Source of the DNA: Methanomassiliicoccaceae archaeon
GTDB taxonomy: Archaea; Thermoplasmatota; Thermoplasmata; Methanomassiliicoccales; Methanomassiliicoccaceae
Assembly: GCA_040776945.1 (NCBI GenBank)
Contig: JAXGZN010000001.1
Span: forward strand, 1,042,720-1,106,719
Direction: 5' to 3'
Length of the DNA: 64,000 nt
Numbering within the stretch: position 1 is the stretch's first letter; each line of letters opens with the position of its first letter. Positions 50,305-58,904 of this stretch are shown here, one piece after another. Under the pieces are notes generated by a model, which was not told the DNA's origin, searched no databases, and saw only the letters and a program-made list of their open reading frames with translations. The position numbers and the translations under genes are program-made.

Positions 50305-52446
50305 TCACGATAGCAATGGGGGCATCCTCAGCGCCGGGTGGTCGACCTTGACCATCCACTCCATGAGGCCCTCGGCGTCGGTGGTAACGGTCTCGTCGGC
50401 GATCTTGTCCACGAAGTCCGGCTCTCCGAGCTCCTCGGCCCGCTTCTGGAGCGCGTCGCGCATCGCCTCCTTCAGCTCCCTGGGCATCCAGGCGATCCTC
50501 AGGAACCCGCCGTCGGCAGAGATGAACTTCCGGCTGGTAATATATTTTCTTCCAATGCCGATGAAGCCGGGCGTCTGTCTCCCGCCGCCGACCGAGCCGG
50601 CGAGGGAGGAGAACTTCATGCCGATCGGCGTCATCCCGGCATACTCGCGGTTGACGGCGATGACCGCCTGGGCGTCGGCGGTCATGGCCACGATCACCTC
50701 GAAACAACCGCAGGAGGTCATAGGGTCCTCCATCATGGTGTAGGCGTTGAACCTCTCGATCTTGTGGTGCGTCCCCTCGAACACCGCCTCGTTTATCCCG
50801 CGCCACTGGCCCTTGGTCTCGTCGAGGCATTCCCCCTTGAGGATGCCCCGGTTCGGCCCGTTGGGGTCGATCTCCTCCGCCGCCTTGGCATCCAGCCAGT
50901 TGACGGCGCCGCACAGCCCCAGGCGCTCCGGGGTTATGATGCAGATATGGTCCGGCGCGAAGGAGCTGCACAATGTGCAGACATACAAGGTGTCCACGCT
51001 CTCGTCGGTCAACCCAGCGACGCGGGCGTCTCGCTGCGCATAGACCTCCAAAGCCTCAGGCAGGCGCTTCCGCACTTCGTTCTCATCGGTGACGATGGTG
51101 ACCTGCACCCGGGACACGATGTTGCCGAACTCCTCCTTGAGCTTGGTGATTAGGATGTCCCCGAAGTGCTTGAACCTGAGCCCGGCGGCCACGGCCGGCT
51201 TGCTCAGCCGGATCCACAGGATGTTCCTCTGCCCAGTGTGCCACGCTCCCTCTGCATAGTTTACGAAGAGGTGGATGCGCCTCTCCAACACGCCCTCGAA
51301 ATCCTCACTCATCCGCTTGCCGTAAACGTCCACGAGGATGGCGATCGGGGTCTTGCCGCCTTCGGGCATCGCGTCCACGTCCGGGCCGATGACCTCGATG
51401 CGGCCATCCTGGACCTCGTCCTCCGGGCGGACGCGAAGAAGCTCGAACGCCAACGTCTTGGACGCTCCCCCCGCCTCGGTATAGGTGTCCGGCCTGCGGA
51501 CCACCTCGCCCTCGAACGCGGGGCCGTAGGCGACGGGGATGTTCACCGGCGCCAGCTTCACCTTGATGCCCCGGAGCTCGATGGCCTCCTGGACCATCTT
51601 GCCCGGCTCCGTGACCTGCACCAGCTTCTCCGGTATGCCCTCTACGGGCTGGTCGGTGACGATGCACGCGCCGTTGAGCACCGCCGCGAAGGCCGCCCCC
51701 GCGAGGACCGGGTCCAGAGGGCCGAACTCAAGGACGAATACCTTTGGCCGCTTTGCCAGGTATGAGGCGGTTCCTTCGCGGTCGCCTCTCTGCACCCCCC
51801 CGAAGGAGAGCGCGGCACGGATGGCGAAATTGAGGGCGTGGACGATCTGGGTCCCGTGACCTACCGGGTACAGCCTCGAGCGCTCCCCCATCTGCACGTT
51901 CTTCGAAGCGAGCTGCTCGATGACCTCGCCCGACGCGATGATCAGGATGCCTTTGGACTGGAGGTCACGAACGATGCGCACCAGCGCGTCCGCGTCCGGG
52001 TACCTGCCGACGATGACCGCCGCTCCGGGGATGGTGTCATCGACGAAGGCGAACCCCAGCTCCCGGATGATCTTGTCCGGGATGAACCCCATGTACGGCG
52101 TGCCCTCATATGGCCGCCGGCCGCCAACGTACTTGAGCGCCTCGATGACCTCGGCCGCGATCATGGTGACCTCGCCGGCCGCCAGCGCGTTGGCCGCTGT
52201 CGGCTCGTACGCCAGCTTGGAGCGGCACGAGCTCAGGATGGGGACGAGCTGCCCCAGTGTCCTGGCCTCCCGCCCGTCCCAGGCGTACACCGCCGGCAGC
52301 TCGTAGCAGGTCTCCGGATACTCCACCGGATGCTCGGTCCCATGCTTGGAAAGCGCTTCCTCTAGCGCGGAATCTGCAAGGTCCAGGGCCGCATGCCCTC
52401 CCTGGATGGCGAGGGCGAACAGGTCATGATTGGAGATCTGGTTCAC
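50305..52446 (-). CDS. acsB: Acetyl-CoA synthase, bacterial-type with N-terminal domain
   Basis: 713 aa; YPETCYELP, GPAFEGE, VLERRIH; A-cluster ligands CTLCSSFAPDHIC...LCGA and PMTSCGCFE. Confidence 0.93.
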   Translation of the reverse strand: MNQISNHDLFALAIQGGHAALDLADSALEEALSKHGTEHPVEYPETCYELPAVYAWDGREARTLGQLVPILSSCRSKLAYEPTAANALAAGEVTMIAAEVIEALKYVGGRRPYEGTPYMGFIPDKIIRELGFAFVDDTIPGAAVIVGRYPDADALVRIVRDLQSKGILIIASGEVIEQLASKNVQMGERSRLYPVGHGTQIVHALNFAIRAALSFGGVQRGDREGTASYLAKRPKVFVLEFGPLDPVLAGAAFAAVLNGACIVTDQPVEGIPEKLVQVTEPGKMVQEAIELRGIKVKLAPVNIPVAYGPAFEGEVVRRPDTYTEAGGASKTLAFELLRVRPEDEVQDGRIEVIGPDVDAMPEGGKTPIAILVDVYGKRMSEDFEGVLERRIHLFVNYAEGAWHTGQRNILWIRLSKPAVAAGLRFKHFGDILITKLKEEFGNIVSRVQVTIVTDENEVRKRLPEALEVYAQRDARVAGLTDESVDTLYVCTLCSSFAPDHICIITPERLGLCGAVNWLDAKAAEEIDPNGPNRGILKGECLDETKGQWRGINEAVFEGTHHKIERFNAYTMMEDPMTSCGCFEVIVAMTADAQAVIAVNREYAGMTPIGMKFSSLAGSVGGGRQTPGFIGIGRKYITSRKFISADGGFLRIAWMPRELKEAMRDALQKRAEELGEPDFVDKIADETVTTDAEGLMEWMVKVDHPALRMPPLLS

Positions 52447-52595
52447 GATGCATCCTCTCCCGGCGGCGCCGTTTCATTTGACCGGAATGCCGTCGGCTCT
52501 ATTTGCTTCGAGCGGATAGGACCGCTGCGGAGGCCACCAATCATTGACCTGCAATACTTCAAGCCTTCGCTGCCCGTCATCTTGTTGGCCGACGG

Positions 52596-53528
52596 TCAGA
52601 GGTCGATGCTCTCCAGCTGGTCAACGAAGTACCTGCCCTTCTCCATGGTAAAGGTCTCTTCCAGCGCGGACTTCAGCATCTCCGGCCCGATGCCCGCGGC
52701 GCTGATGTCGGCGACGATGTCCAGTGTCATGCTCTCGTAGAACACCAGCACCTCGCTTTCCAGCGACACCATGTTGACGCCGTTCCTTTGCATGACCTCG
52801 GCCACCCGGGCAATGGCCCCGGGCTTGTCCGGGATGACCAGCGAGACCCGCACCAGCCTCGTCTGGGGATGGAGCAGCGTGACCGAGAGGATATACGATT
52901 CCATGTCCCCCACCATCATCAGCGGCTGCCCGTCGGCGATGCCCTCGACCTCGTCCAGGAACTCCTGTGGCACCTCGAACTCGCCGTTGGCGATGATGGT
53001 GGAGGCCTTATGCCTACGCTTTATAGGCTTCGTCCTCACGGTCTTGGACCCTGCGGCCGCGCCCTTGGTATAGCGGTCGGCGATGTGCGACTCCTGGATG
53101 TCCATGGTGTCCACCAGGTCCAGCGATGAGCTCCTCGCCTTCTTCAGCGCGTCGAACTCGGCCCTCAGCTCAGCTGGCTCTCCGTAGTAGGAGAGGTCGG
53201 CCAGCATCTTCCAGGTCATGGACACTCCAGAGATGTTGCTCAGGGACACGGAGTTAAGGATGTCGACGTTGCGGTCGGACAGGAACTTCGCGGCTTGAGC
53301 ACAGGCACCGGGCCGGTCTATCATCTGGATCGTCAACTGGCACAACTGCCGGTAGTTCTCCGGCCCGAAGGTGGAAAGCACTATCTCATAGGAGGTCGCT
53401 TCACCGTGATCGTAGCGGAACATGGCGCTGAACACCTGGCTCCCGTTGACCAGTCCCAGGGCCTGGCCCAGGTCCTTGTCGATCACGATCTTGTTCCCGC
53501 GCAACCTTCCGAACTGCCAGAGCCTCAT
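52596..53528 (-). CDS. Tandem (AbrB-like + ACT) x2 regulatory protein
   Basis: ACT motifs MIDRPGACAQAAKFLSDRNVDIL and IPDKPGAIARVAEVMQRNGVNMV, each preceded by a swapped-hairpin-like segment (GNKIVIDKDLGQALGL; NGEFEVPQEFLDEV). Confidence 0.7.
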   Translation of the reverse strand: MRLWQFGRLRGNKIVIDKDLGQALGLVNGSQVFSAMFRYDHGEATSYEIVLSTFGPENYRQLCQLTIQMIDRPGACAQAAKFLSDRNVDILNSVSLSNISGVSMTWKMLADLSYYGEPAELRAEFDALKKARSSSLDLVDTMDIQESHIADRYTKGAAAGSKTVRTKPIKRRHKASTIIANGEFEVPQEFLDEVEGIADGQPLMMVGDMESYILSVTLLHPQTRLVRVSLVIPDKPGAIARVAEVMQRNGVNMVSLESEVLVFYESMTLDIVADISAAGIGPEMLKSALEETFTMEKGRYFVDQLESIDL

Positions 53529-53750
53529 GTGCTGACCGGGAACGCCAAATATCCTCGACCTTGATAAAGTTTGGCAAGCGGGAACGGCGGGGCAATGACG
53601 GCCGCATCGCCAACCGCGGACCAGTTGCCTGAGGGCGGCGATCATTGACAACGGGGCGGGACGACCTTGGATCCCATGTGTTCCGGCGACCGATGGGGAG
53701 GTCAGCTTCCGGGGCCCAAGGGCGATAGGAGAACGGCCAGCTGTAGTTGA

Positions 53751-53800
53751 GTTGATTAGAGCTGATTAGAGCTAATTTTGGCTAAATCAGTGATAATTAG
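53751..53800. repeat. 10-bp-phased degenerate tandem repeat
   Basis: GTTGATTAGA GCTGATTAGA GCTAATTTTG GCTAAATCAG TGATAATTAG. Confidence 0.5.
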
Positions 53801-53835
53801 TTAAGTCGGCATCCATGCCCATTCAAGACGCGAAC

Positions 53836-54394
53836 ATGAAAATGCCTCAACGGCCAAAACCATTGTAACAGTACTCAGTTAGAAGGGGGCACCAATCACC
53901 GAGCTGCTAAAGGGCCCAGCAAGCTCTCGGCTGGTGAAACGATGCTATGAGGAACACGCCCGTTGGGACGATATTCGCAGGAAGGACATCGAGCAGGGTC
54001 CCGAGGCCATCTGGGGACCGATGAAGGTCCTGAGGTCATCGCGATACAAGCAGATCATACCCAACGACCTAGTCCCATCTCACATCACGACGGACTCGAC
54101 GCAACAGATACTGCACCTTCTCGATACTGGGGCATCCGGCCTTCTGGTCTGCCCGATGAACCGCCGAGGAGGCAAGAGTTGGACAGGCACATCATCAGCA
54201 GCCTGATGGAAGAGGCCATTGCATCAAGCCAGATCGAGGGTGCCGTGACCACGACAAAGGCCACCAAGTTCAATGTGGCCCGTCCGACCGCTAGAACGGA
54301 CCCGCTCTTGCTGAACAAACTAGGGCTCCTTGATATGAAAAGGATGGGCGAGAGGAAGATTGCCCATACATGCAAGGAAGGGCCAAAAAGGTGA
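53836..54394 (+). pseudogene. Fic-family pseudogene with internal deletion
   Basis: MKMPQRP followed by a stop and frameshifts; fragments WDDIRRK, QQILHLLD and ISSLMEEAIASSQIEGAVTT join directly to the C-terminal HTH KFNVARPTARTD..L..LGLL. The HPFxDGNGR core is absent. Confidence 0.75.
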
Positions 54395-54565
54395 AGATCC
54401 AGAAGATCGGCGATCAGCAAGCCCATAGTACATCTGGTTGGTATCGCTTATCCCCGCCGATCGTTGCTCGTCCATCTCGGATACTCATCCGATACCACAT
54501 GAATGAAGGGCTGCCGCAAGAGCTCTTTCGCAAGAAAAACCGTGAGGCCGCCGAACGAACGATCG

Positions 54566-54591
54566 TATAAATATAAGTAGAGAGCTACTTA
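54566..54591 (+). promoter_or_regulatory. TATA box plus palindromic operator upstream of padR
   Basis: TATAAATA (54566-54573) directly followed by TAAGTAG-AGAG-CTACTTA; extra half-site GTACTTAG at 54601. Confidence 0.6.
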
Positions 54592-54626
54592 GGTAGCCCG
54601 GTACTTAGCTAGGCAAGGGGCGAAGC

Positions 54627-55166
54627 ATGTTCGGCAAAGGTCACGATTTCCATGGAAAGAAGATAAGCCCCATGCAGGTGGCGATCCTCATCCTTCTTCG
54701 GCGCCGGCCGATGTACGGCTACGAGGTGCTGACGGAGCTTAGGCAGTGGTTCGAGGGAGCGTGGACCCCGCAGACGGGGTCCATATATCCGGCGTTGAAG
54801 CGCCTGGACGAGCACGGCCTGGTCGTCTCGGAGAAGAGGGATGAGACCGACTACTATCATATCACCGAGGCCGGGAACAGGTGGGTGCTCGAGGCGCTCG
54901 CCATGTCCCCGAGGGACATCAAACTGATGACCCGGTACTTCGAGCTCATCGGCATCGCCGCGGATGACGTCATCAGGATGGACACTGGGCGGCCGGGTCC
55001 GTTCGCCCAGATGTTCGAGGACGAGGGCGCGGACGCCGATGAGAGGCGGAGGAAGCTGGAGGCAGCCCGGGAGCGCATCGCCCGGCATCTCGCAGAGATA
55101 GACCGCGAGCTGAGGAAGCTCGAAGACGAGGGAAGAGAGGAGGGACGCGATGACCGCGATCGTTGA
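54627..55166 (+). CDS. PadR family transcriptional regulator
   Basis: ILILLRRRPMYGYEVL, GSIYPALKRL, YYHITEAG. Confidence 0.9.
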   Translation: MFGKGHDFHGKKISPMQVAILILLRRRPMYGYEVLTELRQWFEGAWTPQTGSIYPALKRLDEHGLVVSEKRDETDYYHITEAGNRWVLEALAMSPRDIKLMTRYFELIGIAADDVIRMDTGRPGPFAQMFEDEGADADERRRKLEAARERIARHLAEIDRELRKLEDEGREEGRDDRDR

Positions 55167-56148
55167 AGTCGAGAACCTGGTCAAGAGGTTCAACGAGGAC
55201 GTGCTGGCGGTGGACGGCGTATCGTTCACCGTGGAGGAAGGAGAGATCTTCGGGTTCCTGGGCCCGAACGGGGCCGGGAAGTCGACAACCATCAACATGC
55301 TGACCACGCTGCTGAGGCCGACCAGCGGGAAGGCCTCGATAGCCGGCCTGGACATCATGACCCAGCAGGATGAGGTGCGCAGGGTCATCGGCCTCGTTCC
55401 CCAGGACCTCACGGTCGACGACGAACTGTCCGGCCGGGAGAACATGTACCTCCAGGCCGACCTCTACGACGTGCCAAGGGACGAGGCCAGGAAAAGCATC
55501 GAGGACCTCTTGGAGGTGGTCGACCTGCAGGATGCCGCTGACCGGCTGGTGAAGACATACTCCGGCGGCATGCGCAAGCGGCTGGAGCTCGCTGAAGGCC
55601 TCATACACCATCCCCGCATCCTGTTCCTTGACGAGCCCACATTGGGTCTGGACATCCAGACCCGGGCGGCGATCTGGGACTACATCAAGGACCTCAAGGC
55701 CAAGCACAACATCACCGTGTTCCTGACGACGCACTACCTGGAGGAGGCGGACGGGCTGTGCGACCGCATTGGGATCATCGACCACGGGAAGATAGTCGCG
55801 CTGGACTCGCCGGCCACGCTGAAGCGCTCGGTGGGCGGGGACGTGCTGACCATCGGCGTCAGGTCGGAGGAGGACCTGACCGACCTGATCTCTTCACGGC
55901 CGGGGATAATCAGCGTGAGGAAGGAGGACGGCGTGTACCGGGCCAAGGCGGTCCACGGCGAGGCCGCCACGCCCGAGGTGCTCAAGGCCATATGGGAGAA
56001 GGGGATCGCGGTCACCTCGGTGGAGCTGAGCCGTCCGACGCTGGACCAGGCCTTCCTGGAGTACACCGGGCGCTCGATGAGGGACGCCGAGCAGAGCGGC
56101 TCGTTCGACAAGGCCGCGGCCGCCCGGGCCATGCGCAGGAGGCGGTAA
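55150..56148 (+). CDS. ABC exporter ATP-binding protein (DrrA-like)
   Basis: GPNGAGKSTT, YSGGMRKRL, LFLDEPTLGLD, LTTHYLEEAD, PTLDQAFL. Confidence 0.92.
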   Translation: MTAIVEVENLVKRFNEDVLAVDGVSFTVEEGEIFGFLGPNGAGKSTTINMLTTLLRPTSGKASIAGLDIMTQQDEVRRVIGLVPQDLTVDDELSGRENMYLQADLYDVPRDEARKSIEDLLEVVDLQDAADRLVKTYSGGMRKRLELAEGLIHHPRILFLDEPTLGLDIQTRAAIWDYIKDLKAKHNITVFLTTHYLEEADGLCDRIGIIDHGKIVALDSPATLKRSVGGDVLTIGVRSEEDLTDLISSRPGIISVRKEDGVYRAKAVHGEAATPEVLKAIWEKGIAVTSVELSRPTLDQAFLEYTGRSMRDAEQSGSFDKAAAARAMRRRR

Positions 56149-56149
56149 G

Positions 56150-56983
56150 ATGCTCTGGCAGACCCTGGCGCTCACCAAGCGCGAACTGAAGCACTGGTAC
56201 CGCGTCAAGGTCCAGATCTTCATGACCATCATCCAGCCGGTGGTGTGGCTAGGACTGTTCGGCCAGGCCTTCAACATCGGCCGGCTGTTCAGCGCCCCCG
56301 GGATGCCGCCGGGCCTCTTCCAGCAGGCGTTCTCCGGAGCGCCCAACTACTTCTCGTTCATGGCCATAGGCATGCTCGCGGTGAACGTGCTGTTCACCTG
56401 CATGTTCTCCGGCATGAGCATCGTGTGGGACCGGAGGTTCGGGTTCCTGAACAAGCTCAAGGTGTCTCCGATACCCAGAGGGGTCATCCCGGTCTCAAGG
56501 ATCTTTAGCACGGTCATCCGGGCGATGATCCAGGTAGTGATCGTCTTCGCCATCGCCATCGCCTTCAACTACGTCCCCGGCCTCACCGGCCTCGGCCTGA
56601 AAGAAGGCTTCGGGGCCATCGAGGTCCTCGGTTCGTTCGCCATGCTCTTCCTGCTGGCGGTCGGCTTCGCCTCGCTGTTCACCACGATCGCGCTCGCCGT
56701 CGAGAACCAGGAGACCCTGTTCGGGGTCATCAACCTGATCAACCTCCCGCTGATGTTCGCCTCCGCAGCCCTGTTCCCCACGGCCCTTATGCCCGATTGG
56801 CTCAAGGGGGTGGCGGAGTACAACCCCCTCACACTGGCCGCGGACGGACTGAGGCAGCTGGCGTTCGTAGATGCTGCGCCGATACACTCGATGTGGTTCA
56901 ACATAATCGGCCTGCTGCTGTTCTCAGGAGCGCTGATATCCCTGAGCGTCCTGACCTCCAGGAGGCTTCTGAGCAACCGGTGA
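56150..56983 (+). CDS. ABC-2 permease (DrrB-like)
   Basis: WDRRFGFLNKLKVSP, PLMFASAALFP, YNPLT. Confidence 0.9.
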   Translation: MLWQTLALTKRELKHWYRVKVQIFMTIIQPVVWLGLFGQAFNIGRLFSAPGMPPGLFQQAFSGAPNYFSFMAIGMLAVNVLFTCMFSGMSIVWDRRFGFLNKLKVSPIPRGVIPVSRIFSTVIRAMIQVVIVFAIAIAFNYVPGLTGLGLKEGFGAIEVLGSFAMLFLLAVGFASLFTTIALAVENQETLFGVINLINLPLMFASAALFPTALMPDWLKGVAEYNPLTLAADGLRQLAFVDAAPIHSMWFNIIGLLLFSGALISLSVLTSRRLLSNR

Positions 56984-57428
56984 ACCATCGGGCGGGGACC
57001 ACCGCGCGTGCTCGAGCAGGGGCGCTCTCCGCACCTCGTGAGGGAAGCTCCTTCCGAGGCGGAAGTCCTCTGTCCTTTCGAGCCCTAGCGGGCGTGGCGC
57101 GGCCCCGAGACCTTCTGACGGGGCCCAGGCTCAAGGTCTTCCCCCCTCATTGGCGGGAACGACCCTAGGCTCGGAGCACCATCTCGGCCATCATGGTTCG
57201 ACCACCATGATCTCGCCTCCCTCGATCTTTGCGACCTTGCCGAGCGCGTCCATGAGGACCCCCTTGTTCTCCTTGACCTTGGCCTTCATTAAGTTCCTTT
57301 CCGCCTATCGCGCTGTTCCAATATACCGCGATCCATAAGCCATCCTCATTGAACAGCGGCGAAAGGTCCGTTGAACTATAATGACCGGGATCGAGGCCTC
57401 ACGCTCCCTTCCATTATTTTCAGCCCGG

Positions 57429-57869
57429 TCAAAGTTTCCTCTGTGCCGTCTCGCGCTCCTTCTTGCAGCCCGCGTTCGGCAGAGCGGCATGGAATATGTA
57501 CTTCACCGGTACGCGCAACGTCGTGCCCATCTTGTACGAGCAGGAGGCGCATCGGTATCCCAAGATGACCGAGCCGCCGTAGATGGTGCGGTTCCTTATC
57601 TTGCGAAGCCTCGCGTTGCACACCGGGCACCGCCCGCCCTTGACCTTGATGCCGGTATCGCGCGTCTCCACTTCCATCCTTGCCATTCCGGACTGGACGG
57701 CGGTCCGGCGAACCCGCTCCTCGGTTATGCCATAGCTCCGGTCGACGCAATGCAGCTTCTCCCGGACAAAATGAGCGAGCAGGCGTTGGGAGGAGATGGT
57801 CCCATGCTCGCGGAGCACGTCGGCGATGGCCACCGCTAGGACCTCGGCGCTCGGCACGCGGTAGCTCAT
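57429..57869 (-). CDS. Hypothetical protein with C-terminal zinc ribbon
   Basis: CPVC...CASCSY; N-terminal ISSQRLL; 146 aa. Confidence 0.7.
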   Translation of the reverse strand: MSYRVPSAEVLAVAIADVLREHGTISSQRLLAHFVREKLHCVDRSYGITEERVRRTAVQSGMARMEVETRDTGIKVKGGRCPVCNARLRKIRNRTIYGGSVILGYRCASCSYKMGTTLRVPVKYIFHAALPNAGCKKERETAQRKL

Positions 57870-58530
57870 GCTACTCCATCGTCAGGTACCTTAATGAATC
57901 TAGCTGTCGGACATCATTTCCGAACGTCGGCCAGAGCCTTTTTAAGACATCTCGGGCCAGCGGCATGGCGTCCGGGCCCGGGGACCCCGCATGCCTGAGA
58001 CCGCGAAGCGCAGGGCCTGCAAGTGGAGGCGCAGGCCCCGGCCGATGGCGACGTGGTCCATCCTGGAGGCGGCGTCACCACGCCTGCTTATGACCATCTC
58101 CAGCCTCCTCCTCCGCTCGTCCTCTTCAACGTACAGCGGATGGCATGGAACGTGTACATGGACCGTTCCTTCCGCTGCCCGACATGATGCGTCTCTAAGA
58201 TCCTCGCCTCTTGGTCGAGCATCCCCGCCGGTCTGGTCGGAGGGCCGATGGACAGCCGTCCCCGGGCCACGGCCCCGGCCGCCTGCCTTGCATTGCCGCT
58301 CACGCCGCCGAAGGCCGCGGTCCTCCTTGTGCCACCTCGGCCCCTGAGGCCCGACCTCGGTCGGCCCTCATGAACGGCCATCTTGCTGGGTAGTACCACC
58401 TTCGGTGGATTCATCACCTCTCGGGTCATGCCCTCCGCGCCCACTTGGCGTTCCCGCGGACCGCTTCGCAGTCCGAGCCGGTGCGCAATGATTATCTCCA
58501 ACGAGAAATAATCATCATGTGGTGGACAAG

Positions 58531-58815
58531 ATGCCGGAATACGTCATACTATCCAGACTGACCGCGGACGGGCGCAAGACACTGAGGAGCAACCCCGAGA
58601 GGCTGTTCGAAGTGAACGAGGAGATCGAGGCCATGGGGGCCAAGGTCATGAGGCAGTACGCCCTCCTGGGCAAGTTCGATTTCCTGACCATCCTGGAGGC
58701 GCCGAACAACGAAACGGTGGGCAAGGTCATGGTGGAGCTGGGGGCCAGAGGAAGCCTGGAAACGGTGACCCTTCCGGCCATGAGCGTCGACTCCTTCCTC
58801 GACTCGCTGAAGTGA
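58531..58815 (+). CDS. GYD-domain protein
   Basis: YVILSRLTADG...QYALLGKFDFLTILEAP...TVTLPA. Confidence 0.8.
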   Translation: MPEYVILSRLTADGRKTLRSNPERLFEVNEEIEAMGAKVMRQYALLGKFDFLTILEAPNNETVGKVMVELGARGSLETVTLPAMSVDSFLDSLK

Positions 58816-58904
58816 GGCCGGGCCGATGGCCCCGCTCCTCCTCGCGGGGGCCGCTCCAAAGCGAATATTAACCGCGGGGCCCGTACCCGAATGGAGGAGA
58901 TAGC

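Noticed and set aside
56984-57190. GC-rich structured intergenic region as SRP or RNase P RNA
   Set aside because: A short hairpin (CTTCCG-AGG-CGGAAG) exists, but the SRP helix-8 and RNase P P4 signatures were not found on either strand
57870-58515. Possible gene in the 640-bp gap before the GYD gene
   Set aside because: ORFs on both strands are low-complexity with no motif; at most a decayed remnant
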